64,000 nt of DNA from Bacteroidia bacterium (GCA_038320345.1 JBBQED010000004.1:173155-237154); one strand, 5' to 3'; positions 1 through 10,124 are shown, counted from the stretch's first letter. Numbers and translations: made by a program. The notes: generated by a model not told the origin, from the sequence alone.

Positions 1-2962
1 GATCCCTGTTACCAGTTTTTTCAGAGATGCAAAAATTTTCGCTACAATCAAAGAACAGATTCTTCCATCTTTAATACTTGAGAATAGCAGTTCATTGCCA
101 GTTAGGGTATGGATTGCAGGATGTTCCACCGGTGAAGAAGCTTATTCCTTGGCTATTTTAATACAGGATTATTTAGAAAAAATAGGATCGAAAAGAACTA
201 TACAAATTTTTGCTTCTGATTTATCATCAAATTCTATTATGCATGCACGAAGCGGCTCATATCCATCTGCACTCATTAAAAATATCTCCGAAGACCTACT
301 TAAAAAGCATTTCGTTAAATCAGGAGAACAATATCAAGTAAAAAAACACATCCGAGATATTTGTGTATTTGCCGTTCATAATTTCTTAAAAGATCCTCCC
401 TTTGCAAAGATGGATCTAATAAGTTGCAGAAACGTTTTGATCTACATGGATAATTTTCTGCAAAAAAAAGCACTAAGTACCTTTCACTATGCGCTAAATG
501 AAAGCGGATTCCTTATCCTCGGGAAATCAGAAACTACTGGAACATCTTCAGATCTTTTTCAATCAGTTGCCAAAAGCGATAAAATTTACTCAAGAAAAAA
601 AGTATCCAGTCATTATTTATATCAGGCTTATAAAAATGGGGGTTTACGATCCGGCGATTCTGAAATTAAAGAATCGAATACTCAGCATAATTATATAGAT
701 TTCCAGAAAATTGCAGAAAGCATACTATTAAAAACTTACACTCCCGCCAGTGTTGTCATTAACCAACAATATGATATCGTAAATATCAATGGAGATATTA
801 GTCCGTTTCTCAAACATAACCAAGGTAAACCAAGTTTCAACTTATTGAAAATGGCAAGGGAGGGACTCGTTTTTGACCTTCGTAATCTCCTCAATAAAAT
901 TGGGACGTCCAAAGAAACAGTATCAAAGAAAGGAATTTATATTAAAAATGAAGAAGGGCATGTAAAAATCAATATCGACATCGTACCACTTCCTGATACA
1001 ATTGAAGTTTACTACCTAGTTCTTTTTAAAAAGGAAAATTTAGTTCGGAAGATTAAAACACAGTCCTTACTAGAAAAACAGAATGTTTCAGAATACCTAC
1101 AGAGGATTAGTCAGTTGGAAAATGATATTGCAAGCTCTCACGTTGATGTTAATTTAATTGCTGAGCAACATGAAGTAGCCAACGAAGAGTTGCAGAGTGC
1201 CAATGAAGAATTACTTAGCGGTAGCGAAGAGCTTCAAAGTCTTAATGAGGAATTAGAAACATCAAAAGAGGAATTACAATCGAGTAATGAAGAATTAATC
1301 ATTGTAAATCAGGAATTAACTGATAAGCAAGTTGAAATAAATAATTTGAGACTCTACTCTGAAGCCATTATTGCAACTGTCAAGGAACCACTTGTGGTAA
1401 TGGATAAAGATCTCATCATAAAAAGTATAAATAAATCTTTTTACGATAAATTCAACATCAATGAATTAGAATCAGTTGGAAAATATATTTACGAACTACA
1501 GCACGATCTATTTAACACACCAGAACTAATAACTTTACTTGAGGGTGTTCTAGGAAGACGCAACGAAATCAAAAATTATGAAATGCAAATTCAAATTCCG
1601 AAAATTGGAAAATGTTTTATTTTAGTTAATGCACAGAAGATTAACAATATCGGTAATAAAGAAGCCTTAATTTTGCTCTCCATTGAAGATTATACAGAAC
1701 GGAAATTAATCGAAAAAGAACAACAAAAATTAGCGGATGACTTATTAAAAGTCAATACCGAAATGAATGTCCAGCAAGAAAAAATTAACTTTTCAAAACA
1801 ATATGTAGAAGCCATTATCGGAACGGTAAGAGAACCATTAGTTATACTTGATAAAGATTTAAGGATAAAAAGTATAAATAATTCGTTCATAAAAGTTTTC
1901 AATATCAACGAACTGGAATCTTCGGGACAATTATTTTACGAAGTGAAGGATAATTTATTTGATAACAATAAATTGCGATCGCTATTAGAAAAAATATTAA
2001 CCAAGCGGACTCAGATCAATGATCACGAGATTACGATTAATCAACTGGGAATTGGGGAGCGATCTTTTTTAATTAACGCAAGGCAAATAATTAACGAGGT
2101 TAAGAAAGAACAACAAATTCTACTTGCTTTAGAAGAATATTCCGATCGTAAATTACTTCAAACTCACAACCGCTTACTATTTGAAGAACTGGAATCAAAA
2201 GTAAAGGAAAGAACAGCTTCTCTTGAACAAAGTAATATTCAATTGGAACAATTCGCACATACTGCTAGCCATGAATTTCAGGAACCACTCCGGAAAATAG
2301 TTACTTTTTCCAGAATACTTCAGACAAAGTCAGAAGAGAATAAGAAAGAGGAAGTTAAAAATTATCTTGAGAAAATCGAAAAATCATCTTTACGGATGTC
2401 AGTTTTGATTCAAGATATGCTAAATTTTTCTGTTGTAAACAATCATACCAAACTAGTAGAAAGAACGGATTTGAATAAAATTTTAAAAAATATTTTATTC
2501 GACTTTGAGTTAAATATATCTGAGAAAAATGCAATAATTACGAGCGATATTTTGCCTGAGATTGATGCGATACCTTTTCAAATGAATCAACTTCTATATG
2601 ATATCATCAGTAATGCTCTCAAATTTTCAATTCCTGGAGTTCCGCCAGTAATTCGAATTTCATCCAAAAAGTTAACGTCTGATGAATTAAAAATGTATCC
2701 TCATTTAAATTTGAACATGAATTATTACCGGATAACTATTAAGGATAACGGAATAGGATTTGATCAAAAATATGCAGGACAAATCTTTACCATGTTTCAA
2801 CGGCTTGATATAAGCGGGAATTATCCAGGCACTGGCATGGGGCTAGCGTTTTGCAAAAAAATTGTGCATAATTATCATGGTGAAATATATGCTCAATCTA
2901 AAAAAAATGAAGGGACTTCAATACATGTTATTTTGCCAGGATATGCAAGCACCGAAATCTAA
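1..2962 (+). CDS. CheR-type MCP methyltransferase domain fused to a coiled-coil linker, PAS domains and a histidine kinase (HisKA + HATPase_c). The 5' end is partial: the reading frame is open to base 2, so the N-terminus (likely a CheB methylesterase domain) lies upstream of the window.
   Basis: Frame is open from base 2 and reads ...TSFFRD...LPVRVWIAGCSTGEEAYSLAIL, the CheR SAM-binding signature. A heptad-repeat segment (EELQSANEELLSGSEELQSLNEELETSKEELQSSNEEL) precedes two PAS-like modules, the H-box ASHEFQEPLRKI, and the G-boxes DNGIGFD and GTGMGL. The ORF-track start at 95 is a TTG inside the open frame. Confidence 0.85.
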   Translation, partial: IPVTSFFRDAKIFATIKEQILPSLILENSSSLPVRVWIAGCSTGEEAYSLAILIQDYLEKIGSKRTIQIFASDLSSNSIMHARSGSYPSALIKNISEDLLKKHFVKSGEQYQVKKHIRDICVFAVHNFLKDPPFAKMDLISCRNVLIYMDNFLQKKALSTFHYALNESGFLILGKSETTGTSSDLFQSVAKSDKIYSRKKVSSHYLYQAYKNGGLRSGDSEIKESNTQHNYIDFQKIAESILLKTYTPASVVINQQYDIVNINGDISPFLKHNQGKPSFNLLKMAREGLVFDLRNLLNKIGTSKETVSKKGIYIKNEEGHVKINIDIVPLPDTIEVYYLVLFKKENLVRKIKTQSLLEKQNVSEYLQRISQLENDIASSHVDVNLIAEQHEVANEELQSANEELLSGSEELQSLNEELETSKEELQSSNEELIIVNQELTDKQVEINNLRLYSEAIIATVKEPLVVMDKDLIIKSINKSFYDKFNINELESVGKYIYELQHDLFNTPELITLLEGVLGRRNEIKNYEMQIQIPKIGKCFILVNAQKINNIGNKEALILLSIEDYTERKLIEKEQQKLADDLLKVNTEMNVQQEKINFSKQYVEAIIGTVREPLVILDKDLRIKSINNSFIKVFNINELESSGQLFYEVKDNLFDNNKLRSLLEKILTKRTQINDHEITINQLGIGERSFLINARQIINEVKKEQQILLALEEYSDRKLLQTHNRLLFEELESKVKERTASLEQSNIQLEQFAHTASHEFQEPLRKIVTFSRILQTKSEENKKEEVKNYLEKIEKSSLRMSVLIQDMLNFSVVNNHTKLVERTDLNKILKNILFDFELNISEKNAIITSDILPEIDAIPFQMNQLLYDIISNALKFSIPGVPPVIRISSKKLTSDELKMYPHLNLNMNYYRITIKDNGIGFDQKYAGQIFTMFQRLDISGNYPGTGMGLAFCKKIVHNYHGEIYAQSKKNEGTSIHVILPGYASTEI

Positions 2963-3006
2963 TATGGAGCTAAAATCAGAATAAATTAAGTTATCACTGC
3001 AAAATT

Positions 3007-3570
3007 ATGAAAATCCATATCAAATATGATATAAATTTGGCTTGCAAAATAATATTGCAAGAACAATTAGAATTATTGGGCGCAGATTATCAAATTACTG
3101 GTTTGGGTGAAGTAGACATAAAAAATAATCTAAGCAAAGATCAGTATCAAAAACTCAGCACTAATCTTAAAAAATATGGTATTGACATCATTGAACATCC
3201 CAAAAGCGTTCTTATTCAGAAAATAAAAGACACAATTGTTGATCTTGTTTATCTTCAAGAAAAATTACCCAATTCAAATATTTCAACTTATTTAGCAGAA
3301 AAGCTAAATCATAGTTATGGATATTTATCTAATCTGTTTTCTGAACTAACATTTTCGTCCATAGAAAATTTTATTATCCTTCAAAAAATCGAAAGGGCTA
3401 AACAACTTATCATTGCAAATGAATTAACACTGACTGAAATCGCCTGGCAGTTAAATTATAGTAGTGTTGCACATTTGTCCAATCAATTTAAAAAAACAAC
3501 TGGTCTTACTCCTACCGCATTTCAAAGAATAATTAAAAATAGAAATGATTCTGATAGTACTGATAAATAA
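3007..3570 (+). CDS. AraC-family transcriptional regulator with a C-terminal HTH_18-type DNA-binding domain
   Basis: The C-terminal ~100 aa (ISTYLAEKLNHSYGYLSNLFSELTFSSIENFIILQKIERAKQLI...LTEIAWQLNYSSVAHLSNQFKKTTGLTPTAFQR) matches the AraC twin helix-turn-helix pattern. Confidence 0.7.
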   Translation: MKIHIKYDINLACKIILQEQLELLGADYQITGLGEVDIKNNLSKDQYQKLSTNLKKYGIDIIEHPKSVLIQKIKDTIVDLVYLQEKLPNSNISTYLAEKLNHSYGYLSNLFSELTFSSIENFIILQKIERAKQLIIANELTLTEIAWQLNYSSVAHLSNQFKKTTGLTPTAFQRIIKNRNDSDSTDK

Positions 3571-3671
3571 TTTCTTAAAAGTAGAAAATAAATTTATTTA
3601 GTTCAGTAGTTGAATAATGACCCATACAAAGGAAATTCGATAATTACCATTAACATAAAACCAATAAAGAA

Positions 3672-4118
3672 ATGAATTCGGATGCATTAAATGTTCTTTT
3701 AGCTGATGATGATGAAGATGATCGTTTGCTTTTTAAAGAAGCATTAGGAGAATTAAAAGTCAAAACCAACGTCGTCTTACTTAACGATGGAGTTCAATTA
3801 ATGAATTTCCTTAATGACCCTGCTACACTCCTTCCGGATATTGTATTTCTAGATTTAAATATGCCGAAAAAAGGGGGGATGCAATGTTTGCAAGAAATAC
3901 GATCCGACAAGAAACTAAAAGACTTATCGATAGCCATTTATTCAACCTCTGCGTCGGAAAAAGATATAGAGGAAACCTTTATAAAAGGGGCTAACGTTTA
4001 CATTAAAAAACCGAATGATTTTAGCTCACTGAAGAAAATCCTTACTGAAGTGATTAGTATGAAATGGCAATATCACACATCTGGTTTAAATAAAGAACAC
4101 TTTTTGTTAAGTCTTTAA
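3672..4118 (+). CDS. Stand-alone response regulator receiver domain (CheY-like) with no output domain
   Basis: LLADDDEDDR...DIVFLDLNMPKKGG...IYSTS...YIKKP carries the phospho-acceptor Asp, the Mg-binding acidic pair and the conserved Lys of REC domains. At 148 aa it is a single domain. Confidence 0.85.
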   Translation: MNSDALNVLLADDDEDDRLLFKEALGELKVKTNVVLLNDGVQLMNFLNDPATLLPDIVFLDLNMPKKGGMQCLQEIRSDKKLKDLSIAIYSTSASEKDIEETFIKGANVYIKKPNDFSSLKKILTEVISMKWQYHTSGLNKEHFLLSL

Positions 4119-4129
4119 AAATCACTTTC

Positions 4130-5908
4130 ATGAAATTGATTAATATTTCTCCTATCTATATCTTAGGACTTTTCATCATTTCTGTCTTTTTACTATTTTT
4201 TATTAGTAGTATATCTTATCAGCAAATAAAATCTCTTGATGAGTCCGGCAAACTAGTGGCCCGTACAAAAGATATAAATGCTGAATTAGAACATTTATAC
4301 GGACTAATTGAATTTGCGCAATCTACACAGCGTGGATACCTAACCACGAATGATTTAGCCTATCTGGATCCTTATTACTCTGTCCCTAACAAAATAGACA
4401 CTTGCATACACAATCTTCGTCTATTAATGGCCGATAATGTACATCAGCAAGCGAATTTAAATGTAATTACAGTACTTATTCATAGAAAAAATGCAAGTCT
4501 TGAAGACGAAGTAAGTGCTAAAAAAAATAACATTTCAAATGCTGAATTAGTAACTCAAATACAATTTGGTAATTTGCTCATGGATAGCATTAGAGTGAAG
4601 ATAAATGATATGAATTCACTCGAGCTAAAATCATTACAAAGTCGAGAGAAAGAACATGCTCATGACGTAAAATTAACACCTAAGTCCACGCTAGTATTAT
4701 TGTTTTTCTCACTATTTATTTTCATTTTCTCTTTTTATAAGATCAACAAAGACAGGATTAATTTAAAAAAGATTAACAATCAATTGTTGATCACAAAAGA
4801 GACATTTGAACATGCGGAACAAATTGCTGAAATCAGTAATTGGTCATGGGATATAGATAAAAACAAATTGTCGTTTTCCAACAATCAATATCGTTTACTT
4901 GGATGTCAGCCGCATGAATTTACACCAAGTGTTGAGAATTTTCTTGAATTTGTTCACCCTGATGATAGAGCTATAATTCTGGAAGGAAACAATAGGGTTC
5001 TTGCTGATGCCCAACCTTCTGTTTCCTATTTTAGAATCATCAGGAAAGATGGTAAACAAAGATATTTTAAATCACTGGGTAAATTAATCTCTGATAGTTA
5101 CGGAAAAAAAATAATGATCGGAATAAATTCCGATATCACTGATCAATATAACAAAGATAAAACGCTAGAGGAAAAAGTATTTGAACTAGAACGGTCTAAT
5201 AATGAATTATCCGCATTTAATCATGTTGCCAGTCATGATTTACAAGAACCTTTACGGAAAATACAAACATTCATATCCAGAATTGAAACCTCTGACTTAG
5301 AAAATCTTTCAGAAAGAGGTAAGGATTATTTCAAACGGATTGTATCTGCTGCTAACCGTATGCAAGTTCTTATTGATGATCTGCTTATGTTTTCCAGAAC
5401 AAATAAAGCCAATAAAGTTTTTGAAATATCGGATCTAAATGAATTGCTATCCAGTTCGAAACAAGAACTTATGCAATCTATTGATGAGAAATCAGCAAAT
5501 GTTACTTCCGACCGGCTCCCTACCATCAATGTTATTCCCTTCCAAATAAGGCAACTTTTTTTTAATATTATAGGCAACTCTCTAAAATATTCGAAAGCCG
5601 AAATAATTCCAGAAATCAATATCACGTCTAAATTAGTTTCGGGAAAAGATATTCCTGATGCAAATACGGCAAATGATAAGCCCTATTATAAAATTTCTAT
5701 CACTGACAACGGAATAGGATTTGAACCTAAATATGCAGACTCCATTTTCAACCTATTTAACAGGCTACATGAGGATAAAGAATATTCAGGAACAGGCATA
5801 GGGCTGACTATTTGCAAAAAAATTGTCGAAAATCATAAAGGTTTTATTAGAGCTCAGGGGTTCCCAGATAAAGGCTCCATTTTTGATTTTTACCTTCCTG
5901 TCGATTAA
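4130..5908 (+). CDS. Sensor histidine kinase with CHASE3-like periplasmic sensor, a TM segment, PAS, HisKA and HATPase_c
   Basis: An N-terminal TM helix is followed by a ~170-aa extracytoplasmic region (LVARTKDINAELEHLYGLIEFAQSTQRGYLTTNDLAYLDPYY, CHASE3-like), a second TM, a PAS domain, the H-box ASHDLQEPLRKIQTF (same subtype as the first kinase) and the G-boxes DNGIGFE and GTGIGL. Confidence 0.85.
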   Translation: MKLINISPIYILGLFIISVFLLFFISSISYQQIKSLDESGKLVARTKDINAELEHLYGLIEFAQSTQRGYLTTNDLAYLDPYYSVPNKIDTCIHNLRLLMADNVHQQANLNVITVLIHRKNASLEDEVSAKKNNISNAELVTQIQFGNLLMDSIRVKINDMNSLELKSLQSREKEHAHDVKLTPKSTLVLLFFSLFIFIFSFYKINKDRINLKKINNQLLITKETFEHAEQIAEISNWSWDIDKNKLSFSNNQYRLLGCQPHEFTPSVENFLEFVHPDDRAIILEGNNRVLADAQPSVSYFRIIRKDGKQRYFKSLGKLISDSYGKKIMIGINSDITDQYNKDKTLEEKVFELERSNNELSAFNHVASHDLQEPLRKIQTFISRIETSDLENLSERGKDYFKRIVSAANRMQVLIDDLLMFSRTNKANKVFEISDLNELLSSSKQELMQSIDEKSANVTSDRLPTINVIPFQIRQLFFNIIGNSLKYSKAEIIPEINITSKLVSGKDIPDANTANDKPYYKISITDNGIGFEPKYADSIFNLFNRLHEDKEYSGTGIGLTICKKIVENHKGFIRAQGFPDKGSIFDFYLPVD

Positions 5909-6120
5909 CGGAACCTCGTAGGGCCTCTACTTTTCTTGCCTTAGCCTAACTAAGGAGGGATTTCTGTATCTACTCTAAGCAAAAACTATTTAAAGTCGTT
6001 GCCCGCTTTGTTACATCATAAATATGTAATAAAATAGATAAATTTTGTAACAGCCATTAAAATCACTTAACGCAACTTTGTCTCAGAATAAATTACAATA
6101 ATATTTAACAATTTAAATCT

Positions 6121-6561
6121 ATGAAAATGAAAAAAGTAATCATGATCCTTACTTTGGCTATTACCACTAGTTTTGGTGTTGCCACAGCACAGAAAGCAGA
6201 AATAATTACAAGTGATAAAACTGGCTGGCATAAAATTGGGGAAACAACAGTTGATTTTCAAAAAGAAAGTGATGAAATTCTCGTTATGGGTGCCGATAAA
6301 TTTGCAAAAATTCAAATTAAGGTTACAGAAGCTCCCATTGATTTGATTTCTCTGGATATTTTTTATGAAAGCGGAGATAATCAAAGCGTTAAAATTAATA
6401 CTCCTGTTAAAGCACCAGGCGAAAGTCGTATCATTGATTTGAATGGTAGCGAACGGAGTTTGAAAAAAATTGTATTTGTGTATAAAACATTACCAAATAG
6501 AAAAGACGTAAAAGCCAAAGTGGAAATTTGGGGCTTGAAGACGAATACTGATATGAAGTAG
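6121..6561 (+). CDS. Hypothetical secreted protein with a signal peptide
   Basis: The N-terminus MKMKKVIMILTLAITTSFGVATAQ is a typical Sec signal. The protein composition is plausible and an intrinsic terminator follows. Confidence 0.55.
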   Translation: MKMKKVIMILTLAITTSFGVATAQKAEIITSDKTGWHKIGETTVDFQKESDEILVMGADKFAKIQIKVTEAPIDLISLDIFYESGDNQSVKINTPVKAPGESRIIDLNGSERSLKKIVFVYKTLPNRKDVKAKVEIWGLKTNTDMK

Positions 6562-6585
6562 GCTAATATCAGGTTATTTTTCCAG

Positions 6586-6618
6586 CTGCTCTGTAACAAC
6601 AGAGCGGCTTTTTTATTT
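6586..6618 (+). terminator. Rho-independent terminator
   Basis: A 7-9 bp stem gctctgt / acagagc with an aaca loop is followed by ggcttttttatttt. Confidence 0.7.
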
Positions 6619-6856
6619 TAGGAAATTCTGAATTCTATAACATTTTCACCAAATTCTATAATGGTTTCTCAATATAACTTTATCAAATTTGCATATGAAC
6701 TTATCTATACTGTTTTACTTCATAGTGTGTTCAAACTATAAAACCAATTCTTAAATGTTTCTACGTTTGATTTCTGTATTCAACAAATCCTAAAGTGTAC
6801 AACACTTAACACCCAATCAATATTTTTATACTATTCCTTTTAACAACCCCACTACG

Positions 6857-7207
6857 ATGAATACTCCACTGCAAGAAAAAATCCAAATGAAAACCATGGT
6901 TGACTGTACGAATATGCTTGATAAATTGGGCTTTACGTCACAATTTAAAGCATTATCTAACGGTCTAAAATCTCTGAAAACAAATCAGATTTATTCATCT
7001 GCTGACATCAAGATAGTGAATTTTTATCGATTTGAAGGAGAATCTGATCCATGCGACAATTCAATTCTTTATGCGCTTGAATCTGCCAACGGAGAAAGAG
7101 GCACGTTAACTGATGCATTTGGCCCATATAGTGATACCAATGTTACGAACTTTATCCAGAGTGTAGAAGAAATTCAAAAGAAAGTAAACAAACATGAAAC
7201 ATTATAA
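6857..7207 (+). CDS. Hypothetical protein
   Basis: 116-aa ORF with normal composition and no recognisable motif. Confidence 0.4.
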   Translation: MNTPLQEKIQMKTMVDCTNMLDKLGFTSQFKALSNGLKSLKTNQIYSSADIKIVNFYRFEGESDPCDNSILYALESANGERGTLTDAFGPYSDTNVTNFIQSVEEIQKKVNKHETL

Positions 7208-7361
7208 GGTAGATCCCTTCACATTTGATTTTTTTATCTGTGAAATCTAATCATGGCAATCCTACAAGTTTTTAGTTCCGCGATGTAACTAAATATTAAT
7301 CGTTATAGTTGACCTTTACATCTCTTAATGCCTATAAATCTAATTCACTAATAAATACCTT

Positions 7362-7988
7362 ATGAAAATAATAAAATTTCTTATTTTAATGCTAATGATC
7401 CCAGCATTCTCTTCAGCTCAAAATAACAGTCGTTTTGGTTTAAAGGGTGGCGTTAACTTATCCAATCTGTATTCCGACGACGTTTCTGATAAAAACTCAC
7501 AATTCGGCTTTCAAGGTGGGCTTTTCCTGAAAATAGCATTAACTGATTATATTTCGTTTCAACCTGAAGTTATTTATACTATGAAAGGGGCTGAATTGAA
7601 GTACGAGAATGATTTTGTAACAGGAACAGCCAATTTTCGTCTAAACTATATTGAAGTACCAGTTCTGGCAGTTATTAATCTGACCACAAAATTTAATGTC
7701 CACGGAGGGTTTTACATCGCTACGTTGTCAGATGTTAGTGTTAAAAACGAATCCAGTATAGGGGCTTTCGATTTTGAAAAGGAGCTCAACAAAAATGATT
7801 TCGAAAAAACAGATTATGGTTTGGTAGCTGGTATAGGTGGTGATTTCGATAAAATTAGTGTTGGTTTACGTTATGATTACGGTTTAAGATCAGTTGGAAA
7901 AGAAAAAACAATTGGCGGACAGACAAGACGATTCCCGGATTCCAAAAATTCAACTTTACAACTTTATGTTTCAATTAGCATTCTTTAA
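7362..7988 (+). CDS. Outer-membrane beta-barrel protein (OmpW/porin-like small barrel family)
   Basis: A signal peptide MKIIKFLILMLMIPAFSSAQ is followed by alternating hydrophobic beta-strand patterning (GLKGGVNLSNLY..., GFQGGLFLKIAL..., YIEVPVLAVINL...), typical of the OMP_b-brl_2 family. Confidence 0.65.
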   Translation: MKIIKFLILMLMIPAFSSAQNNSRFGLKGGVNLSNLYSDDVSDKNSQFGFQGGLFLKIALTDYISFQPEVIYTMKGAELKYENDFVTGTANFRLNYIEVPVLAVINLTTKFNVHGGFYIATLSDVSVKNESSIGAFDFEKELNKNDFEKTDYGLVAGIGGDFDKISVGLRYDYGLRSVGKEKTIGGQTRRFPDSKNSTLQLYVSISIL

Positions 7989-8033
7989 TATATTAAACTA
8001 TTTTTTAATCAATTAATTTAAAATCTAAAATCT

Positions 8034-8282
8034 ATGAATACCAATCAGAAAACGGATCAAAAGGCGCAAAGTACGAATGGAGATCCCAAAAACAATGATG
8101 GTCAGCAAGACCAAAATCAGCAGAATAAGCAAGGTAATTCTGAAAATTCCCAAATAGAGAAGACTGGTCAAGATAAGGAAAATGAAAATTCGGAACCTAA
8201 AAATCCAGGCAAAGAGCATAGCGATAAAGGTCATGAACACGAATCTAAAATTCCAGTTGCTGGTTCAAATCAAGATAAGTAA
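8034..8282 (+). CDS. Low-complexity hydrophilic Q/N/E/K-rich small protein, possibly stress-associated and intrinsically disordered
   Basis: 82 aa with no hydrophobic core (…QQDQNQQNKQGNSENSQIEKTGQDKENENSE…). It sits immediately upstream of other stress-type small proteins. The antisense ORF 8025-8240 is a hydrophobic low-complexity artefact. Confidence 0.4.
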   Translation: MNTNQKTDQKAQSTNGDPKNNDGQQDQNQQNKQGNSENSQIEKTGQDKENENSEPKNPGKEHSDKGHEHESKIPVAGSNQDK

Positions 8283-8484
8283 TCAATGAAGAAGTGAAAT
8301 CATTCCGATTCAAACTTAGCTACTAGTCCATCTTAAGGAATAGTAAATTTTGATTCAAGCATATAAGATCAATAGAAATATTTTATTTAAATAAATAAGA
8401 AAAAGAGGTGAATCTTTTCAGGCTCCAAGGGATCACATTCACCTCTCCTATTAAAAAATTCGTTAACTTTAAAAATTATAAACT

Positions 8485-8640
8485 ATGGGAAACTTACTAT
8501 ATGTAGTAGCAGTAATAATGATCGTAATCTGGGCGGTAGGGTTTTTTGCCTATAGTGTCGGAAGTATCATTCATATTCTACTGGTAATCGCCTTGATTTC
8601 TATACTGCTTCGTGTAATACAAGGCAGAAAGTCTATATAA
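8485..8640 (+). CDS. lmo0937-family small membrane protein (51 aa), absent from the ORF track
   Basis: ATG at 8485 reads MGNLLYVVAVIMIVIWAVGFFAYSVGSIIHILLVIALISILLRVIQGRKSI*, which matches the widely conserved lmo0937 mini-protein family (…GGIIHILLVIAIISILLRIIQGRK…). Confidence 0.7.
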   Translation: MGNLLYVVAVIMIVIWAVGFFAYSVGSIIHILLVIALISILLRVIQGRKSI

Positions 8641-8657
8641 AACTCTAAAAAAATATT

Positions 8658-8984
8658 ATGAAAAAGATCTGCTTAATTATTCAGGTATCTATGTTGTTAA
8701 CTATCGGAAGTATAAATTCCGTTAATGCTGACAATCTAGTTACTAATCGAAACCCGATTTCTGTAGTAAAAATTAATCCTGAAACAGCGAAAGCATCAAT
8801 CTTAGTACAAAGGTTAAATGAAATTAAATCCATGAACCTTGATAATGTTAGCACATCTGATAAAAAAGAGTTAAGAAAAGAGGTAAAAAATATCAATACT
8901 GAATTAAAACATCTCGGGAATGGTTTCTACATTTCTACTGGTGCGGCCATCATTATTATTTTATTGCTAATTTTAATTCTTTAA
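8658..8984 (+). CDS. Hypothetical exported protein with a signal peptide and a C-terminal hydrophobic anchor
   Basis: MKKICLIIQVSMLLTIGSINSVNA signal peptide; the C-terminus is GAAIIIILLLILIL. Confidence 0.45.
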   Translation: MKKICLIIQVSMLLTIGSINSVNADNLVTNRNPISVVKINPETAKASILVQRLNEIKSMNLDNVSTSDKKELRKEVKNINTELKHLGNGFYISTGAAIIIILLLILIL

Positions 8985-9021
8985 CTTGTTTAAGTTGAAA
9001 TTTGAGAATATATCTACACAA

Positions 9022-9312
9022 ATGAATACAAATAAATTAATTGCCGGAATAATCGCAGGTGCTGCTGTGGGTGTTGCAATTGGCTATATTGTTAATCCCG
9101 ATAAAACTCTTCTAAAATTAAATCAATTTAGAAAAAAGGGCAAGGACGGTAAAGAAGATATTAAATTCAAATTCAATGATGTTTTAGGGAATATTTCTGA
9201 TGCTGTAGAAGCTGCAGAAGATGAAAAAGACGAACTTTTCGCAACTGGAAAGCGCAAATTTCATCAAGTAAAAAGAGAAGTAAAAAGTGCTCTTGACGAT
9301 CAGTCCATTTAG
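9022..9312 (+). CDS. YtxH-like (DUF948) general stress protein
   Basis: MNTNKLIAGIIAGAAVGVAIGYIVNPDK... followed by a charged helical tail resembles YtxH-family proteins. The ORF-track start at 8986 is probably too far upstream. Confidence 0.55.
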   Translation: MNTNKLIAGIIAGAAVGVAIGYIVNPDKTLLKLNQFRKKGKDGKEDIKFKFNDVLGNISDAVEAAEDEKDELFATGKRKFHQVKREVKSALDDQSI

Positions 9313-9608
9313 TACATATAGTTTATCAGGTAATGTTCCTGCTTTTCTCGGATAAAGGCTAGTGCTTCATAGTGAGATAGACCAACAGTTAGTAGTAATT
9401 AAAGATTCACAGAATGGACTCCTATAACCCTTCTTCAATCACTTTCCATTTAATTTATTCACTTAAAAAATCCAAATATATCGTGCTATTCTGAAAGGAT
9501 ATATAGAGATTGTTTGTTTGGTTTTCAGCAATAATAAATGTAAAAGAGGACTTATTAATTTATGCTGTTAAGAAATATTTTTATCGTAGAAACTATCAAT
9601 TATAGAAA

Positions 9609-10124
9609 ATGAAAGAGGATTCTTCCGCTTCAAAGCAAAATTTCTTTGAAAAATTATCATCAAAAGTTACTAAAGCCTCCGGCAGTACTTATGCAATAGT
9701 TTCTGCATTTAGCATTGTTATAATCTGGTTGATTTCTGGGCCCTTTGCTAACTACTCTGAGCAATGGCAACTTGTAATTAACACTGGAACAACTATCATT
9801 ACTTTTCTCATGGTGTTTCTGATTCAGAAATCACAGAATAAAGATTCTCTCGCTATTCAGTTAAAATTAAATGAATTGGTGGCTGCTAATGAAATGGCAA
9901 GTAATCGCTTAGTAGATGTTGAAAGTATGACTGAAGATGAATTGAAAATAATACATCAATACTACCATAAATTAAGTGAGATAACGAAAAGCGAAGGAAA
10001 TCTTCTTCAATCGCACTCTATTGATGAAGCTCAGAAACATCACCGTATTAAAAAAGAGAGAGCTTTGCAAGCCGCAAACAAAGCTATGAAAGAATCGGAC
10101 AAACGAATAACTGACACAAAATAA
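9609..10124 (+). CDS. Low-affinity iron permease family protein (small integral membrane protein)
   Basis: FFEKLSSKVTKASGSTYAIVSAFSIVIIWLISGPF...WQLVINTGTTIITFLMVFLIQKSQNKDSLAIQLKLNELVAA matches the conserved core of bacterial Iron_permease-family small proteins. Confidence 0.55.
   Translation: MKEDSSASKQNFFEKLSSKVTKASGSTYAIVSAFSIVIIWLISGPFANYSEQWQLVINTGTTIITFLMVFLIQKSQNKDSLAIQLKLNELVAANEMASNRLVDVESMTEDELKIIHQYYHKLSEITKSEGNLLQSHSIDEAQKHHRIKKERALQAANKAMKESDKRITDTK

Noticed and set aside
498-1908. Internal ORFs 498-698 (plus strand) and 1690-1908 (minus strand) inside the CheR-HK gene
   Set aside because: They are fully embedded in a long, well-supported coding frame and have no independent signals.
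5326-6599. Minus-strand ORFs 5326-5625, 6067-6384 and 6381-6599
   Set aside because: They overlap better-supported plus-strand genes (the histidine kinase and the secreted protein) and have odd Cys/Phe-rich composition typical of antisense frames.
8025-8240. 71-aa hydrophobic minus-strand ORF
   Set aside because: It is antisense to the low-complexity QN-rich gene. Its poly-I/L/F composition is the mirror of the sense strand's codon bias, so it is probably spurious.
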